DNA from: Phoronis australis
Taxonomy: Eukaryota; Animalia; Phoronida
Direction of reading: 5' to 3'
Length of the DNA stretch: 64,000 nucleotides
Assembly (NCBI GenBank): GCA_002633005.1
Contig: NMRA01000217.1
Location: forward strand, 310,001-374,000
The first letter of the stretch is position 1. Every line of letters starts with the position of its first letter. The notes under the pieces are model-generated. The model did not search any database. It worked only from the letters and a program-made list of their open reading frames with translations, and was not told the DNA's origin. A program made the translations under genes and the position numbers. This document shows positions 50,501 to 63,423 of the stretch, piece after piece.

Positions 50501-53500
50501 AGTTCAATTTGTTTTGAAGATCACAGGCCAGCATCATTGTGTAGCTGACACGACTTAACTATTTTTTAACTTTGTAATATAATTAAGCTCTGTGGCCTTG
50601 TTTACTGAATAAATGATTTGATTTGAAACTTCTTGAAAGTGGGGACATAAGTTAGTTTCTGTCATCATCAATATTGCATAATTATACTTAGTCTGGTGTA
50701 GCACTAGGTCATGAGAATTAATAAACTAATGAATTAATGTAGTAGACCTGATCACCACTTTTTAAGTTCAAGGACTGACTCATAGATAAGATAAAATTTA
50801 TAGTAAAGACTATGTTTTGGATTCATGGTAATGGTATTCTTGCACTTTTGACATTGTACAAAGAGAAAAGATCATCTAATTACAACCTTGAATGAAAAAA
50901 TACCATTATCATAAAAAAATTCAATTGTATACTTACCTATCACAATGAAACAAAAATAGGCTGAGTATTTAAACTAAATTTTCGATTAATGATAATTTTT
51001 TATTGTAAAATTATGTGTGTGTGTGTGTGCGTGCATGCATGTGTCTTCAAAGTTACTTTATGTGGATTGAAAACATATATATTCACAAGAAACTTCAAAT
51101 TAAGAAAAATTATGATGACCCTAACCACTTCCTTACTATTTATTGTTATCTAGGTCTGCGATTGGTCTCCGAGAACAAAGTGGCTGTCCTGCTACTGGCC
51201 GGCGGTCAGGGTACTAGACTGGGTGTGACCTACCCCAAGGGCATGTACGACGTGGGGCTTCCATCTGGGAAGACGCTGTACCAGCTGCAGGCAGAACGCA
51301 TTCTCAGTCTCCAGAGACTGGCGAAAGAGTTGACTGGCAAACAGGGACATGTGCCATGGTAAAAATTGTTGTTGTTTTTCTCAGATTTTGAGGTACCTTT
51401 CATTAAATAGACTCTTTTACTAAAAACATTTTTCTGTACCTTCTACAGGTACATTATGTCCAGCGAACACACCAACAAGCCGACTCAGGATTTCTTCCAG
51501 GAGCACAATCACTTTGGGCTGGACCCAAAGGATGTAACCTTCTTCAAACAGAATACACTGCCATGCATGACATTAGATGGCAAAATCATCCTGGAGACAC
51601 CATCAAAAATAGCCAGGGCGCCAGGTGAGCCAGATGTGTCTCCTAGTTTTGTGCGTTTCCAGACACGTAGTGGTGTGGTGTTCAAATGCTATGTGTGGTC
51701 CGGCAATGAGCATGGTGATCAAGAGACCCAGTTATTTAGACTGCTTTATTGAGTTAGTGTCAGCTGCAGTCATAGCTAATGCGTTAATGGGTGAATTGAC
51801 ATTCACTAGGTCATGCTCATGTATAAAGGTCTCTTTTTAACACTTGAATAAGTTGAGAGCAGAAAGTAGTTTGTCACCGAAGGGGTGTTGGTGGGATACA
51901 GGGTCCACATGATTACGTGAATGCATGCATTTCTACAAGTGGGAAACTTGTTACACTAGCGCCACCTAGTCACGTACTGCTCAGCTCCACTCGGGAGAAT
52001 CTTAAATCAGTGTTCCTGATATTGTGGGCTTTTCTTGCCAGTGGTTCATGTCACTTATAAAGTTTTGCTTTTTCCCAACAGATGGCAATGGTGGTCTATA
52101 CCGTGCCTTGTCTGACTCGGGTGTTCTTAGTGACATTGAGAAGCGAGGCATCGAGTACGTTCATGTCTACTGTGTAGACAATATCCTGGTCAAGATGGCC
52201 GACCCTGTGTTCATTGGCTTCTGCGTATCTAAGGGGGCCAACTGTGGTGCTAAGGTAAACTGATGATAGTTACTTCCTTATGTACCACATACTGTGTTCA
52301 AAGTAACTTTTCATATCATTTTTGTTTTTCATCACTCACTCATTATTTGCAGATTGAGGTATGTGTGTAGATACTGAAAAATGTGCTCGAATTTATGTTA
52401 TGATAAAGATTCTGGAGTTTAAGACAGTCTTTAAAATTTGGGACACTGGAATTCAACTTGAAATTGAGTTTTCTGGATTCTGAAGATTTGGATATGGGAG
52501 ATTTTGATGCCCAACAGTTCATAAAATCGTAGAAATAGCACCCGACTCAACGTTTTCTTGCATCCTGAAAACGTGTAACATCGACGACATTTGTCGTTGA
52601 TCATAATTCTTGAATTTGGATGGTCAGTATTGCCTTTTTCTAAATTTTGGTATGAGCTCTGGACTTGAGCAAAATAATTAATTTTTCACAGCCCCTAAGT
52701 GGAAAATTTTCACTATAAATTAATACTTTTTTATTACAACCAACATTAGAGATATTGTTGGTATTATGACCGGCATTGGTATTATGACTGCATAACAAAT
52801 ATATGGCTTTGAGCTGCTGAACCCAACCAATCACATCGATTAAGACAATATTCCACGAGAGAAATGTTCCCTCATAGTCACAAATTGTTATAGATACTCT
52901 GCAGTTTTGCGAACTGATCCCAGTTCACCCCTCCCATCAGTGTACCACCAATAAATATTGTTTTGGCATACCGCAATAACAGAAAATTTTGATATTTATT
53001 ATTGCAGGACAGACAAGTGATGAGTTTGAGCCTTACTTGAAATACTGTAAAGTTTTGAACAAGTCAGTTAAAAGATGATTATCATCACAAGCACACAATG
53101 ATGTTCGAAAATTTTAACATGATTACACTGATAACTGAATTTTTAAAAAATGTAAAAATGACAGTATTGGCAATAAATTTAATGTTGAATTTTGAAAAAA
53201 CCGAAGATGTCGCTTGTTCTCAACTTGTGTAACTGTAACTGAGGATACACATGCTATTCAATACCCGATCGTTGATTTTGTGGTTTTTTTCAAAAAAAGA
53301 TACTTCAAGCTCTCAATTATTTCTAGGTGGTAGTTCTTAAACTAGTTTTCTATTATTAATTGTAGTTCATAGAGAGATGTTTCATTTTGGTAGTTTGTTA
53401 CAGAATTCGGTCTCCAAAAATGCGCGTGGTCTTGTTTTAACGTGCATACTCTTCTTTAGGTTTGTGAGAAGACCGATCCCAAAGAGCCTGTGGGACTTAT

Positions 53501-56500
53501 TTGTAAGGTGGGCGATCATTACCAGGTCGTTGAGTACAGCGAGGTCAGCCTGAGCACAATGGAGAAACGTGGAGAAGACGGACACCTCGTCTACAATGCT
53601 GGAAATATATGCAATCATTTCTTCAACACAGAGTTTTTGCGCTCGCTATGCCGGTGGGTTCTCTTCTGCTCAATGAAAGTACAGTCGAACCACGTTACAA
53701 CACGTGGTTCAAAGTGGTTGGTCATAAATAATGTACCATGCTGAATATGAATTGATTTTGTTCCGCGGAAGTTGAGTTACGATGTCGAATGTTTTAGAAA
53801 TTTTAGGGAAGGTTTGTTGCGACAAGGTTTGATGATACTTTAGTGAATCTCTCCAACCACTCATCAACCATTCCTCTTCTGCTTGGACATCCTAATTAAG
53901 AACTGTGCTAATTAAGTGAATTGAGGGATAATCTGCTAACTAGTTGAAGCAGTTAAAGTTCTGAGAGGCTGGTGTGCTTGGTAAGAGAATTTCACGGAGG
54001 ATTTAGTAATAGTGAGTGGGCCAGCTTGATTTAGATTTTTGAGTAGTTACGCAGAAGAAGATAATGATTAAGCAGGCACTAGACTAGGAAACTACTAATT
54101 ACACTCTGTTTTAGAATTCTTGAAAAGCCAGAGAGTGTTGCCTCTCTTTTGTACGTAGTTCAGCTAAAGATGTTAACTACAAAAATGCGACTTAGTGTAT
54201 TGAAACTGCTTACCAATATTTGGTTCCTTTTCAGTGGTAGATTTTCGTGGTGATTCAATTCTCCCTGTCTGTTTGACATGACTGAAAGGGAACTTGAAAA
54301 ACGGGATCATAAGCTCACAAATGAAGGTGTCACATCAACTTGAGAGTTAGGGTGAAAAACTCCAACAACTCCAACGATATTCAAGATGAGACTGGTGACA
54401 TTGTCATAACGGTAGAAAATCTGAGCTGCCTAATTTTTATTGAAAACCAGTTCTGGACTTTGTAGTGTGTAGTTATGGTTAGAAACAATTCCACATTTAT
54501 GTCTCAGTCTATGGAACTATGGTCTAGGTCAAACAAAATCTCACATATTTCATTCGATGAGTGTACCATCTGAAATGGTTTTAATATTCCGTTTACGAAA
54601 AGGTCTCTTTGTGACTGAGGGTGTGTAAAGTATCTTTTCTTTGTGTTGCCAGTGACCATGAAGATGAGTTAGAGCATCACGTGGCTAAGAAGAAGATTCC
54701 ATTCGTTGACGATGACGGTAAACTGGTGAAACCATCACAACCCAATGGAATCAAAATGGAGAAGTTTGTCTTTGATGTTTTTAAGTTTGCAACGTAAGTA
54801 TGGGGTCTATTGTGGCATGAGAGATTAGTTATCACGGGATTACGATATGGTGGAGAAAATTTTAATATAATTTGATTAAAGGACCTTTTTTAATTTTTAA
54901 TGCGTAATTTAAGTGTTTTAGGGTTCAAAAACATTACCACACCATATGAGCCAACTATACAAGTCACAGATAATGCAATCAAATGGCATTTCGGAATTCA
55001 CAATCTTAGGGTCAGTCAACTTCAATAAACTGTGAAACATTATCTTGAGGTGGTGATGGTTTTAATGTTCGTGTTGGTAACGGAGTTCTAGTCTGATTTA
55101 TGAGCTCAAGCTCCTAAATTGCTGAGAAATTGCAGCTTTGTTGGTTAGTGGGACTGCACATCTACATTAGGAGACACGTTTGAGATGACTGTTCACGCCT
55201 AACGTCTCAGATGAACAGTCTCATGCCTACTAGACAAGCGTAACCATGGAGGGTGATGCCTTTGCATGCGCATGTGTACATGACATTGTGTGGTCATATG
55301 CATTAAAAATTCATTATCACACTTCGGATCTTGGCAGCTGTAAGGGGTACCAGCAACGCTTTGATGGAAAAATGGAAAAATGTTCACGTACGGCCTAAAT
55401 GCAGTGTGCCTATGGCGTGTTTTTTGGCTGTGTCCATTCTGGGGTGATTGGGCCCCTCTAAATCCACTCTTTATTAGATCCATACTTCAGTGAATAATTT
55501 GAATTATAATGGTTTGATGCAGTTTGAGTGACAATCATGGTGTACACATTAGTAAGCCTTGATTCTGATTTGAATGTTTACATGAGTTTAGAAGGGTTTT
55601 CCTGCCAGTTACTGCAAAGTGTCACTCTAGGTGGAGGGTGTCAGTTATTAGCATGAGTGTTGGTATTCATGTCCAAATGCTGGTCTTGGTTATCAACGGT
55701 TGTTTATGTCAGAAGCTTAGCTAAGTTTAAAATGATATTGTTGCATTTTTTGGGTTGGATATTACTCTTTGACTAATAAATGTGCCTCGGGATCTCAGAA
55801 GGCTGTCAGTTTTGGGGCTATTTTATGGAATTCTAAAAGGTACTCGTATTGCATGTTCAATAAAAGAATTGTGTCGTTTATGGATGTGAGGAAGACAGAA
55901 TCAATAAGAAAATCATTTGGTTATAACATCATCTTACTTAGTTATGTTTATTATACTGCACCCATTGGGGTTAATACCTGGCCACTTAACTGAGGTATTC
56001 AAAAATCCAAGTACTGAGCCGAGCATGGGTGTCAAAAAGCAAAATTTTCGAGAGGTGTTGAGTGAGCGTTTTCTTCAATCGTCAATTCTTGTAAACCCCA
56101 TGAAGCTACATTTACATTTTGCTTGCCTCCATGAGTATAGCGAGGTACTGCAAGTATTTCCCTTTTCAAAAAAGTGAGGTGCCACTGAAACTTTTGTTAG
56201 TCAAACGTTTCGCATCTTTTAAGAGCTAAAAACTGAGGCTATCACAAAGGCTTTAGTACTTTCAAGTAAGTCTCAATCATATAAATTAGGGATGGGCGGA
56301 GAGCCAAGTATTGGTGTTTGAAATTGGGAATTTCAGCCAAAGTTGGGTGTTAACGTGTATGAATACGTTATATTAAAAAAAATATTTCTTGTGAAAAGTT
56401 TGCACCATAAATTCCTTTAGACCACAATCAAATGGTTCATTTCGCGAAGTTGGCAACATAAACTCTTAAGTTATCATTAAGGCACCACCACTGCTGTTAC

Positions 56501-59500
56501 AGACTCATATGTACTACCACAGGCCCTTGAATGTAATGTATTCCTCGTATCCACCAGTGGCATCATCAGTCACTGATATTAAAACATGTCTTACATGGTT
56601 ACGAGTCATTGGCAAATTTGTGTGCCTGTGTGTTTGCTACTAACATGGGATGCTTTGTATGTTTATGTCTTGTTCTTTTGTGCTTTTTCTCTTGCTCCGC
56701 TTGCGAAACAACTTGTGGATGTGGTGGCCATCTTGGATTCGTCGGCCGCGGTTTTGTCCGTTGTCTCCATTCAATGTGACAGAAATTTTGCTGTCTGGGA
56801 GGTGTCGAGAGAGGAGGAGTTCTCGCCTTTGAAGAATGCCGACTCGGCTGGCAAGGATTCACCCATGACTTCACGCTACGCCCTCTTTAGACTGCATCAG
56901 AAGTACGTTGTTGACGCTGGAGGGAAATTGAAGGAGGAAAGCGAGACCCTTAAGGCAAAGAGGTGAACATGTTAGACTTGCTCAATGGATAAACGTTGTT
57001 TTTGTTGTTGTTTTACTAGGGGACTTGATATTCACTAGGTGAGGCTAATGAAGAAAGGTCTCTTCTTAACATCTCAGTACATGTAGATTGAGTGCAGAAA
57101 ACCCTCGATCAGTATTGGGTATTTGTGTGATCAGGGCACCAGATGGTTACCTGATGGCAGGTATTTCTATGGGGTAGGTCTCTTGATGCGCTTGTGCCAC
57201 CTATTGGATTTCAAGTTCCCCATTGTCACGGTGTTGTAGCAAGATTGAATTACAAAGCAGTGAGTTTGTTGTTCTTCAAGACTACGTTACATGTTGTTTT
57301 GTTTGGTTTTCAAAACATTTGAGTCAACCTGCCGTTTTGTTATTACCAGTTTAGCGTCTGATTCTTTCAGCTTTTTATTAAATAACTAGCACATAATTTT
57401 TGAGAACAATCATTGAACATGCCAAAAGTACAGCCAAATTTCACCAATTAAGGATGTTACGTATTGGGCAAGTCAATTTTTATTTTCTCATTTTTCATAG
57501 AAGATGGCACTGTAGCACCAGATTAATGCACACAAACGAAAAAAGCTATACAAGCAATTATTTTCGTCCAAAACTGGTGAGATTTTACGGCAGTCGATGA
57601 AAACTGACGCGTTACTGTTCTACACTGGTGTAAAATGTCTCGTTTTTGGTTTGGTTTGGCTTATCAACGTCATGTTTTACTTTGCCCGATCACTGCTCGT
57701 TACTAAATATGTTGGTTATGTGGTGCCCCTTATTGATTTATGTGTCTGGTATTCTGTTCCGGGTTGTCCTTTAGGGTTGTTGTTTTTCTTTTCTCTTTAG
57801 ACCTCGCCTTGATGGTGACAACCATGACAGGTTAGACGAACTTCTGACTACATACTTCAAGCTAATCACCACTTTTCCTGTTGTGTTCTTAATGCTTAGA
57901 ATACTATTTATTGGAGTGTGAATTGAGTTACGGTTATGTAGGGCCCAAATGACAAGTCTGCATTTAACCATGCATCTAGAACCTGGCAGTCTGTATAAGT
58001 ATACATTTTCTGAAAGTAGAAAGACTGTAGATTTTGATATTTAGCTTTGTACCAATGTGTCATGTGACCATGTTTTTTAATAAAATTTAGCAAAAAAGAA
58101 AGAAAGATACATCTATAACATAATTGTCTGTGACTTAACCAAATTTCATTTGAAATAAACGTTTTGACGATGAAATCTCAAAAATGTTGTTGCAGTTTAC
58201 GAAAATGACTTGCTCTGTGGATTCAAAGAAAAAAGACATCCCATAATGTCAGCAACATCATCTAAAGGATGATTTGGAGATTAGTGATAAATCTCACATT
58301 AGATCTGGCTGAAATGACAAATTCATATCAGCACTATTAGCAGAGACCATTATTAGTAATTTAAACTCAATTTTTTCTTAAAACGACCATCTCTCATTAC
58401 CAGACGAATATGCAAAATTCTAATATTCCACCTGGGGATCATTCAGTGAACAAAGCATCCCAAATTAAAAAATTTTGAACACACGTTCTGCATTGTGATC
58501 AAGGCATGAGTAGTATGCAAAAGTACGATTTGCATTAATTATTTGAAAATTTGGAGAGCTTGATTTGTTTGTAAGGTAATTATAAAAGTTAACACATCGT
58601 ATTTATGGATTTAATACGATACTGATAATTCAGCTTAGTTGGAATGTGTTTATTTCCATTTCCTTGGTCTCTATTTTGCACACTTCTGTTTAATGATTTC
58701 TTGTCACTGTGTCATTGTTTACTGGATATTCAAGATGTGATGAAATGCGAATGGCTGAATTGGTCTCATGACCATACATCCTGGCACTGCATTGTTGGCT
58801 AATAACTTATGCATCTTTCAACATGATACATACTTATTGAGATCTCACAGATCTAGTTCCGTCTGTATGTTTGTTTTTAATTCACCTGTAATGATATGAC
58901 ACAGTGACTTTGGTTCACTCTGTAGTTTTTCACTAGTTTGCACCTTCTTAAGCCCAGTCTACACATTCTGACTTATTGTATATGACTTTCTATCAACTTT
59001 GCCTACGACAAAGAAAGTGTAACGAGTGGCCAAGAAGTTGTATACAGTCTAATGGTGTTACAACGGACACTGTTTATAATATTAACAGTTATGTACTGAT
59101 CAAACTTCCAAGTCCAGAATTTACCTGTCTGTAACTTGTAAGTCTGCCCTTATTACTGCAAACTATAACATGCAGATTTCGAAGATCCTCCCCAATGTAC
59201 GTTGTAGCAAGGTTCTACAACATGACTTCTCATAAGTGGTTTAAAAAAATTATACAGAGCAAAGTCAGACATGCTCTTTTTCTATCAACACTATCATGAA
59301 TGAATTTTTCTTTTTGTCTCCAAAAGTCAAAGTCAAAATACTTGTCAGCCCTCTGTGGTTAGTTAAAAATGACTGTCGATTACAAAAGTCAAAATACCTG
59401 TCAGCCCTCTGTGATTAGTTAAAAATGACTGTCGATTACAAAAAGTCATATACGGTTGTGGGAGTGTGTAGAAAGGTCATTGTAGTGCACCATGCTCTTC

Positions 59501-62500
59501 TGTTATGGTTTGTGTTTCGCTTAATAAGTTATAAATCCTTTTGTGGACATGTCTACCGTCCGTTCTCCTGTGTTGTGCACTTGATTTTCTATTCTTTAAA
59601 CAACTCCTTAAAAGTGTGTTTTGACTCATGTGTCATTGATGCTGTTCATAGCTTGGTCATGATACATGATGTCTTTGTAGCCTGCTCAAATGTCATACAA
59701 TTACTGACTTTCACTTAGATCAATGTGCTGGTTTTCTGACCTCAAAATGTGGTACTGACTGAGGTAGAGCCGATTTTGACATTGTAGTCAGAGCGACACC
59801 TGTTGAGATTTTGTTGAGACCTTGCCTGAATTGAAATGGATTCTAGTTGAAAATACATTCAATGTTTAGTCGCTGTTTTGTGCTTTGAAATTTTGTTTTT
59901 AATTTCGATGGTGTCTAAGTTTAATTGAAAGCTAGTGTAGGCATTTTGTCTGTTGTATGAATACTTTGGAAGGAAAGCAATCATTTCTGATGTACCTTTA
60001 GATGACATTAAAGCACAGATGGTTCTGGTCTCTATTGTGAGACTGCTGCCAAAAAAATTGCCCACCTGCATCAATTTTAAGTCAATATGTTTTTTCAAAA
60101 GTTACAGAGGCATATAAACAAGGGTAAGCAGGTGTGGAATGCCATGATTTGCCAAGAGGTGACAAAAAACAAATTTTGTATTATTAAAAGTTGTGGATTT
60201 TCTTTTTGGAAAAATAAATCAACTAAAAATCTACCCCACCACTTACTTGATTCTTCCCTGCTAATTGCAATTTTCCTGGGATGTCTTCAATATCATGCGT
60301 GAATAGATAGTGGCTGAAACGTCCCAGCAAAAGGCCTGCATCTTGGTTTTGCATTAGTTTTCGTTGAGCAAACACAACGTCCAAATAACAATTGAACACA
60401 ATCTGTGTCTTGTAGCATGTCTTTGTTCTATGAAAGTGAATGCACAATCAAATTGTCAACCTCTTGGTGGATCGTTTCTGCCAGTATCTGTTGTTCTATG
60501 GAGAGTATACATGTATTAAGTAAAGTCAGGGTAACGGTAGTGTTAATGAAAAATGTCTCTCTTGGCCAAATGATGTTCTTGAGCAAGATTTACCCCGGGG
60601 TTGTTTGCCAACAACAAACTACTTGCTTTACCTGCAGTAGCATGTATTATCTTTTTCAGATCATTCACCTTTGCATAAGGTCTGCAATCATAGTTAATTT
60701 AACATCACAAATGGTTGCTTTCCTTTTAACTATGCTGTAGAGGTTGTTCATGCATAAGATGTAGGATTTTGAGCTTTTGTCTTTGTTGCATTAATTGACA
60801 CAATCTTCACCCAGACAACATTGCTGTCTAAGATTGTGATTGTTTCAGTACTAAATGGACTCCATTGACTTCCAGAATGGACAAGATTTGTTGCTGAAAC
60901 AGTTTGGATATCAAATGACATTTTTAACTTGTTGTGTTTAAAAACTGTTTAATCTCATTTTAGGCTACTTATAAAATAATGTACATGAAGTGATCTTGCA
61001 ATTAAGTCTCAGTGCAATTTCCCAATCTTCACTCATGACTGTTCCAATTCTTTTTCAGTCCAAAGTCAAATGAAAACAACCAGCCACTTGTAGTGGAGAT
61101 ATCACCATTGGTATCCTATGCAGGGGAGGTAAGTACCACTTGTAGTGGAGATATCACCATTGGTATCCTATGCAGGGGAGGTAAGTACCACTTGTAGTGG
61201 AGATATCACCATTGGTATCCTATGCAGGGGAGGTAAGTAGCACTTGTAGTGTAGATATCCCCATTGGTATCCTATGCAGGGGAGGTAAGTACCACTTGTA
61301 GTGGAGATATCCCCATTGGTATCCTATGCAGGGGAGGTAAGTACCACTTGTAGTGGAGATATCCCCATTGGTATCCTATGCAGGGGAGGTAAGTACCACT
61401 TGTAGTGGAGATATCCCCATTGGTATCCTATGCAGGGGAGGTAAGTACCACTTGTAGTGGAGATATCCCCATCGGTATCCTATGCAGGGGAGGTAAGTAA
61501 CAATAAAGAGCCAGAGAAGGAGTTGTGTTCATTGCCTAGTCTTGTCTTATTATTAAATACGTTCTAAAGCTCTAAAGTTTGGACTTATGATCACATTGTC
61601 ATCGTCGTCATTAAACCTCTGCACAATAGTGCCATATGTCTCTAAAGGGAATTCAATTTCATGAAGAAATCGAGAGATCTCTGACTTTCATCATAAGATA
61701 ATTGGTGTCACTTACCTGAGCACAATGCTAAAAGATTTCATTTGGTGTTATTTGTGTGCCACACAGGACAAGTGTATTTGTTACAACTTCGCTCAAGGTA
61801 CAGCAAGGCAGTCAGTGTTTTCTTGTAAAAAATTGGCTTATCTAGTTCCTTTTTTTGATCAAAGTGACATTATTAGCAAGAAAAGTGCCTCTCTCTGAGA
61901 TCAGCCCCAATGCAGAATCTAAGCTGGAACCCTTGTGGTCAGTCAAATGCTGCTTTGGCGGAGCTGCACTCTACTCAATAAGTATTTTGAATGTATTTAA
62001 CTTAGTCACTGACTTTGATTTCAGCGAATGCCTGCCAGACAATGGGGAAAATTATTTTTCAATTTGTACTAAAGTCACAAAAAAATACATTTTGTTGTCA
62101 AAACTAATAACTTAGAAAAGTCTCTCTCATGTAACATTAATCCCAAAAATGTTTTCATTTTTCAGCCGTATAACCAACAATGTGAGAGTTAGTTATTGCT
62201 TCATGCCTGGTCTAAGAAATATGTACTTCAGGGCACATTCCATGCTTTACAACCAGTTGGAAGAGCAAATAAAATTGTGAAGGAATTTTTTTTTTCATAC
62301 CTGATTTGATGGATTATTTCGGTTTAATGATTTAGTGATAAGATCATGTATGGCACAGCTAACAACTGAATTGAACTGCTAAATTTGTTGTTTGTGTCAT
62401 GCAAAGGGTGTCCAATGGAACTTAAAAACTCTTGAAGTTCAAATAAGGCATGTCGCTGATGGTTGAAATGTCACAGGTGGTAAAAATGGTTATGGTTCTG

Positions 62501-63284
62501 CATACAGGAGTTTCTCTTGGTACAATGTACCTTGGCCAACATTTTGAATGAAATTGCTTTTAGTCTATAGTAAATGTTCTGATGTCATATCGAAAACCAC
62601 TTATATGATTATAGTAGTGTCACCAATATTCAGTATGCAGTCTGGCGGATAGGTGACATTTTACCTTCTTGTTTTTTTTCATACGGGACATGTAGAACCA
62701 AATCAATGCTTTACCATTTTTAAATTTTATTCCGTAGTTTGGCAGCAGTCACTGTTTTGAACAGTAAAACTGCACTTGATCCCGTTTAGCTGGCTTAAAA
62801 TGAAAATCGAGTTAGGCCTATTATTTACAACGCTGCCATTCTAATGTCAGTACCTTCAAGGACATCGAATCCATTCAACAATTCAAGAGAATCAGAATTT
62901 TTTAGGGATTGGCCAGCCCTAAAATTGTGAATTTGAAAATGGCACACTATCTGTGACTTAAGTTTATAAGACTGGAACTCGAATTTGATCACGGTAATGA
63001 ATATTGTGATACCAAATTATATGTGAGAGTAAAAATGCTGAAATTTGATTTTTGTTTTTAGGTAGTTAAACAGGGTGAAATTTAACTTTAAACAATTTGA
63101 ATGATGAAAAAAGATAACTTTTGGCAATTATTTTTTGTCCGAAATTGATGAAATTTTACTGTTATACTGGTTGTGAGCTGTACACTGTTTATTGTTACAG
63201 GGTTTAGAATCGTTGGTGAAAGACAAGGAATTTGGAACACCGCTTACTATCACCATGGATAATGGGAAACCACGCATAAACTGA
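47300..63284 (+). CDS. UAP1: UDP-N-acetylglucosamine (hexosamine) pyrophosphorylase; 9 core coding exons, 499 aa
   Basis: Signature [91 protein letters not shown]; exon lengths sum to 1500 nt including stop. Confidence 0.98.
51154..51358 (+). CDS. UAP1: UAP1 exon
   Basis: tctag|...|gtaaaa; [11 protein letters not shown]. Confidence 0.95.
51449..51624 (+). CDS. UAP1: UAP1 exon
   Basis: ctacag|...|gtgagc; YIMSSEHT...KIARAP. Confidence 0.95.
52082..52254 (+). CDS. UAP1: UAP1 exon
   Basis: aacag|...|gtaaac; DGNGGLY...[11 protein letters not shown]...CGAK. Confidence 0.95.
53460..53653 (+). CDS. UAP1: UAP1 exon
   Basis: tttag|...|gtgggt; [12 protein letters not shown]...VVEYSE...GNICNHFF. Confidence 0.95.
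53679..53838. mobile_element. Decayed Tc1/mariner-like MITE
   Basis: TACAGTCGAACCACGTTACAAC ... GTTGCGACAAGGTTTGATGATA imperfect TIRs with TA flank. Confidence 0.5.
54653..54793 (+). CDS. UAP1: UAP1 exon
   Basis: gccag|...|gtaagt; [10 protein letters not shown]...[13 protein letters not shown]. Confidence 0.95.
56783..56962 (+). CDS. UAP1: UAP1 exon
   Basis: gacag|...|gtgaac; [19 protein letters not shown]...LKAK(R/S). Confidence 0.93.
57801..57830 (+). CDS. UAP1: Candidate 30-nt UAP1 cassette microexon
   Basis: Long polypyrimidine tract ttttcttttctctttag| and CAG|gttaga donor; phase 2-2; (R)PRLDGDNHD(S). Confidence 0.65.
59329..59448. repeat. ~56-bp direct repeat x2
   Basis: AAAGTCAAAATAC(T/C)TGTCAGCCCTCTGTG(G/A)TTAGTTAAAAATGACTGTCGATTACA. 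Confidence 0.85.
61059..61128 (+). CDS. UAP1: UAP1 penultimate exon
   Basis: tttttcag|...|gtaagt; [23 protein letters not shown]. Confidence 0.93.
61084..61499 (+). repeat. 8 x 52-bp tandem repeat spanning a UAP1 exon end and 5' splice site
   Basis: Unit CCACTTGTAGTGGAGATATC(A/C)CCATTGGTATCCTATGCAGGGGAG|GTAAGTA starting at 61084, 61136, 61188, 61240, 61292, 61344, 61396, 61448. Confidence 0.98.
63201..63284 (+). CDS. UAP1: UAP1 last coding exon
   Basis: ttacag|; [27 protein letters not shown] then TGA. Confidence 0.93.
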   Translation, partial: GLESLVKDKEFGTPLTITMDNGKPRIN

Positions 63285-63417
63285 CCTCATTTTGATATTA
63301 TATAACCAAAATGTACTTTCGTTTTTGCTGCTTCTATGCTAGATAGAAGGCTGGGGATATTTATGGATGACATTATGTTGAACTGTGTTTATTGGAAGAC
63401 TTTTGACATCATTGTCG

Positions 63418-63423
63418 AATAAA
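63418..63423 (+). promoter_or_regulatory. Candidate polyadenylation signal of UAP1
   Basis: AATAAA about 135 nt after the stop, followed by a GT/T-rich tract. Confidence 0.4.

Noticed and set aside
57501-57576. Possible extra UAP1 exon (tttttcatag|...|gtgaga)
   Set aside because: 76 nt and frameshifting, with no homology; at most a poison exon, which the sequence alone cannot support.
58735-58850. Box C-like GTGATGA in a UAP1 intron (snoRNA?)
   Set aside because: No convincing terminal box D with stem, and no rRNA-complementary guide found by eye.
59719-59763. Possible second small UAP1 cassette exon (33 or 45 nt)
   Set aside because: The 33-nt form needs a weak gtactg donor; the 45-nt form contains an in-frame TGA; the peptide is not loop-like.
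61111-61119. GTATCCTAT inside the repeat unit as a U12 donor
   Set aside because: Deviates from GTATCCTT, lies in conserved coding sequence (VSY), and no U12 branch site is apparent at the downstream acceptor.
61084-61499. CRISPR-like appearance of the 52-bp array
   Set aside because: No unique spacers; a pure head-to-tail repeat of exon/intron sequence in a eukaryotic gene; no cas genes.
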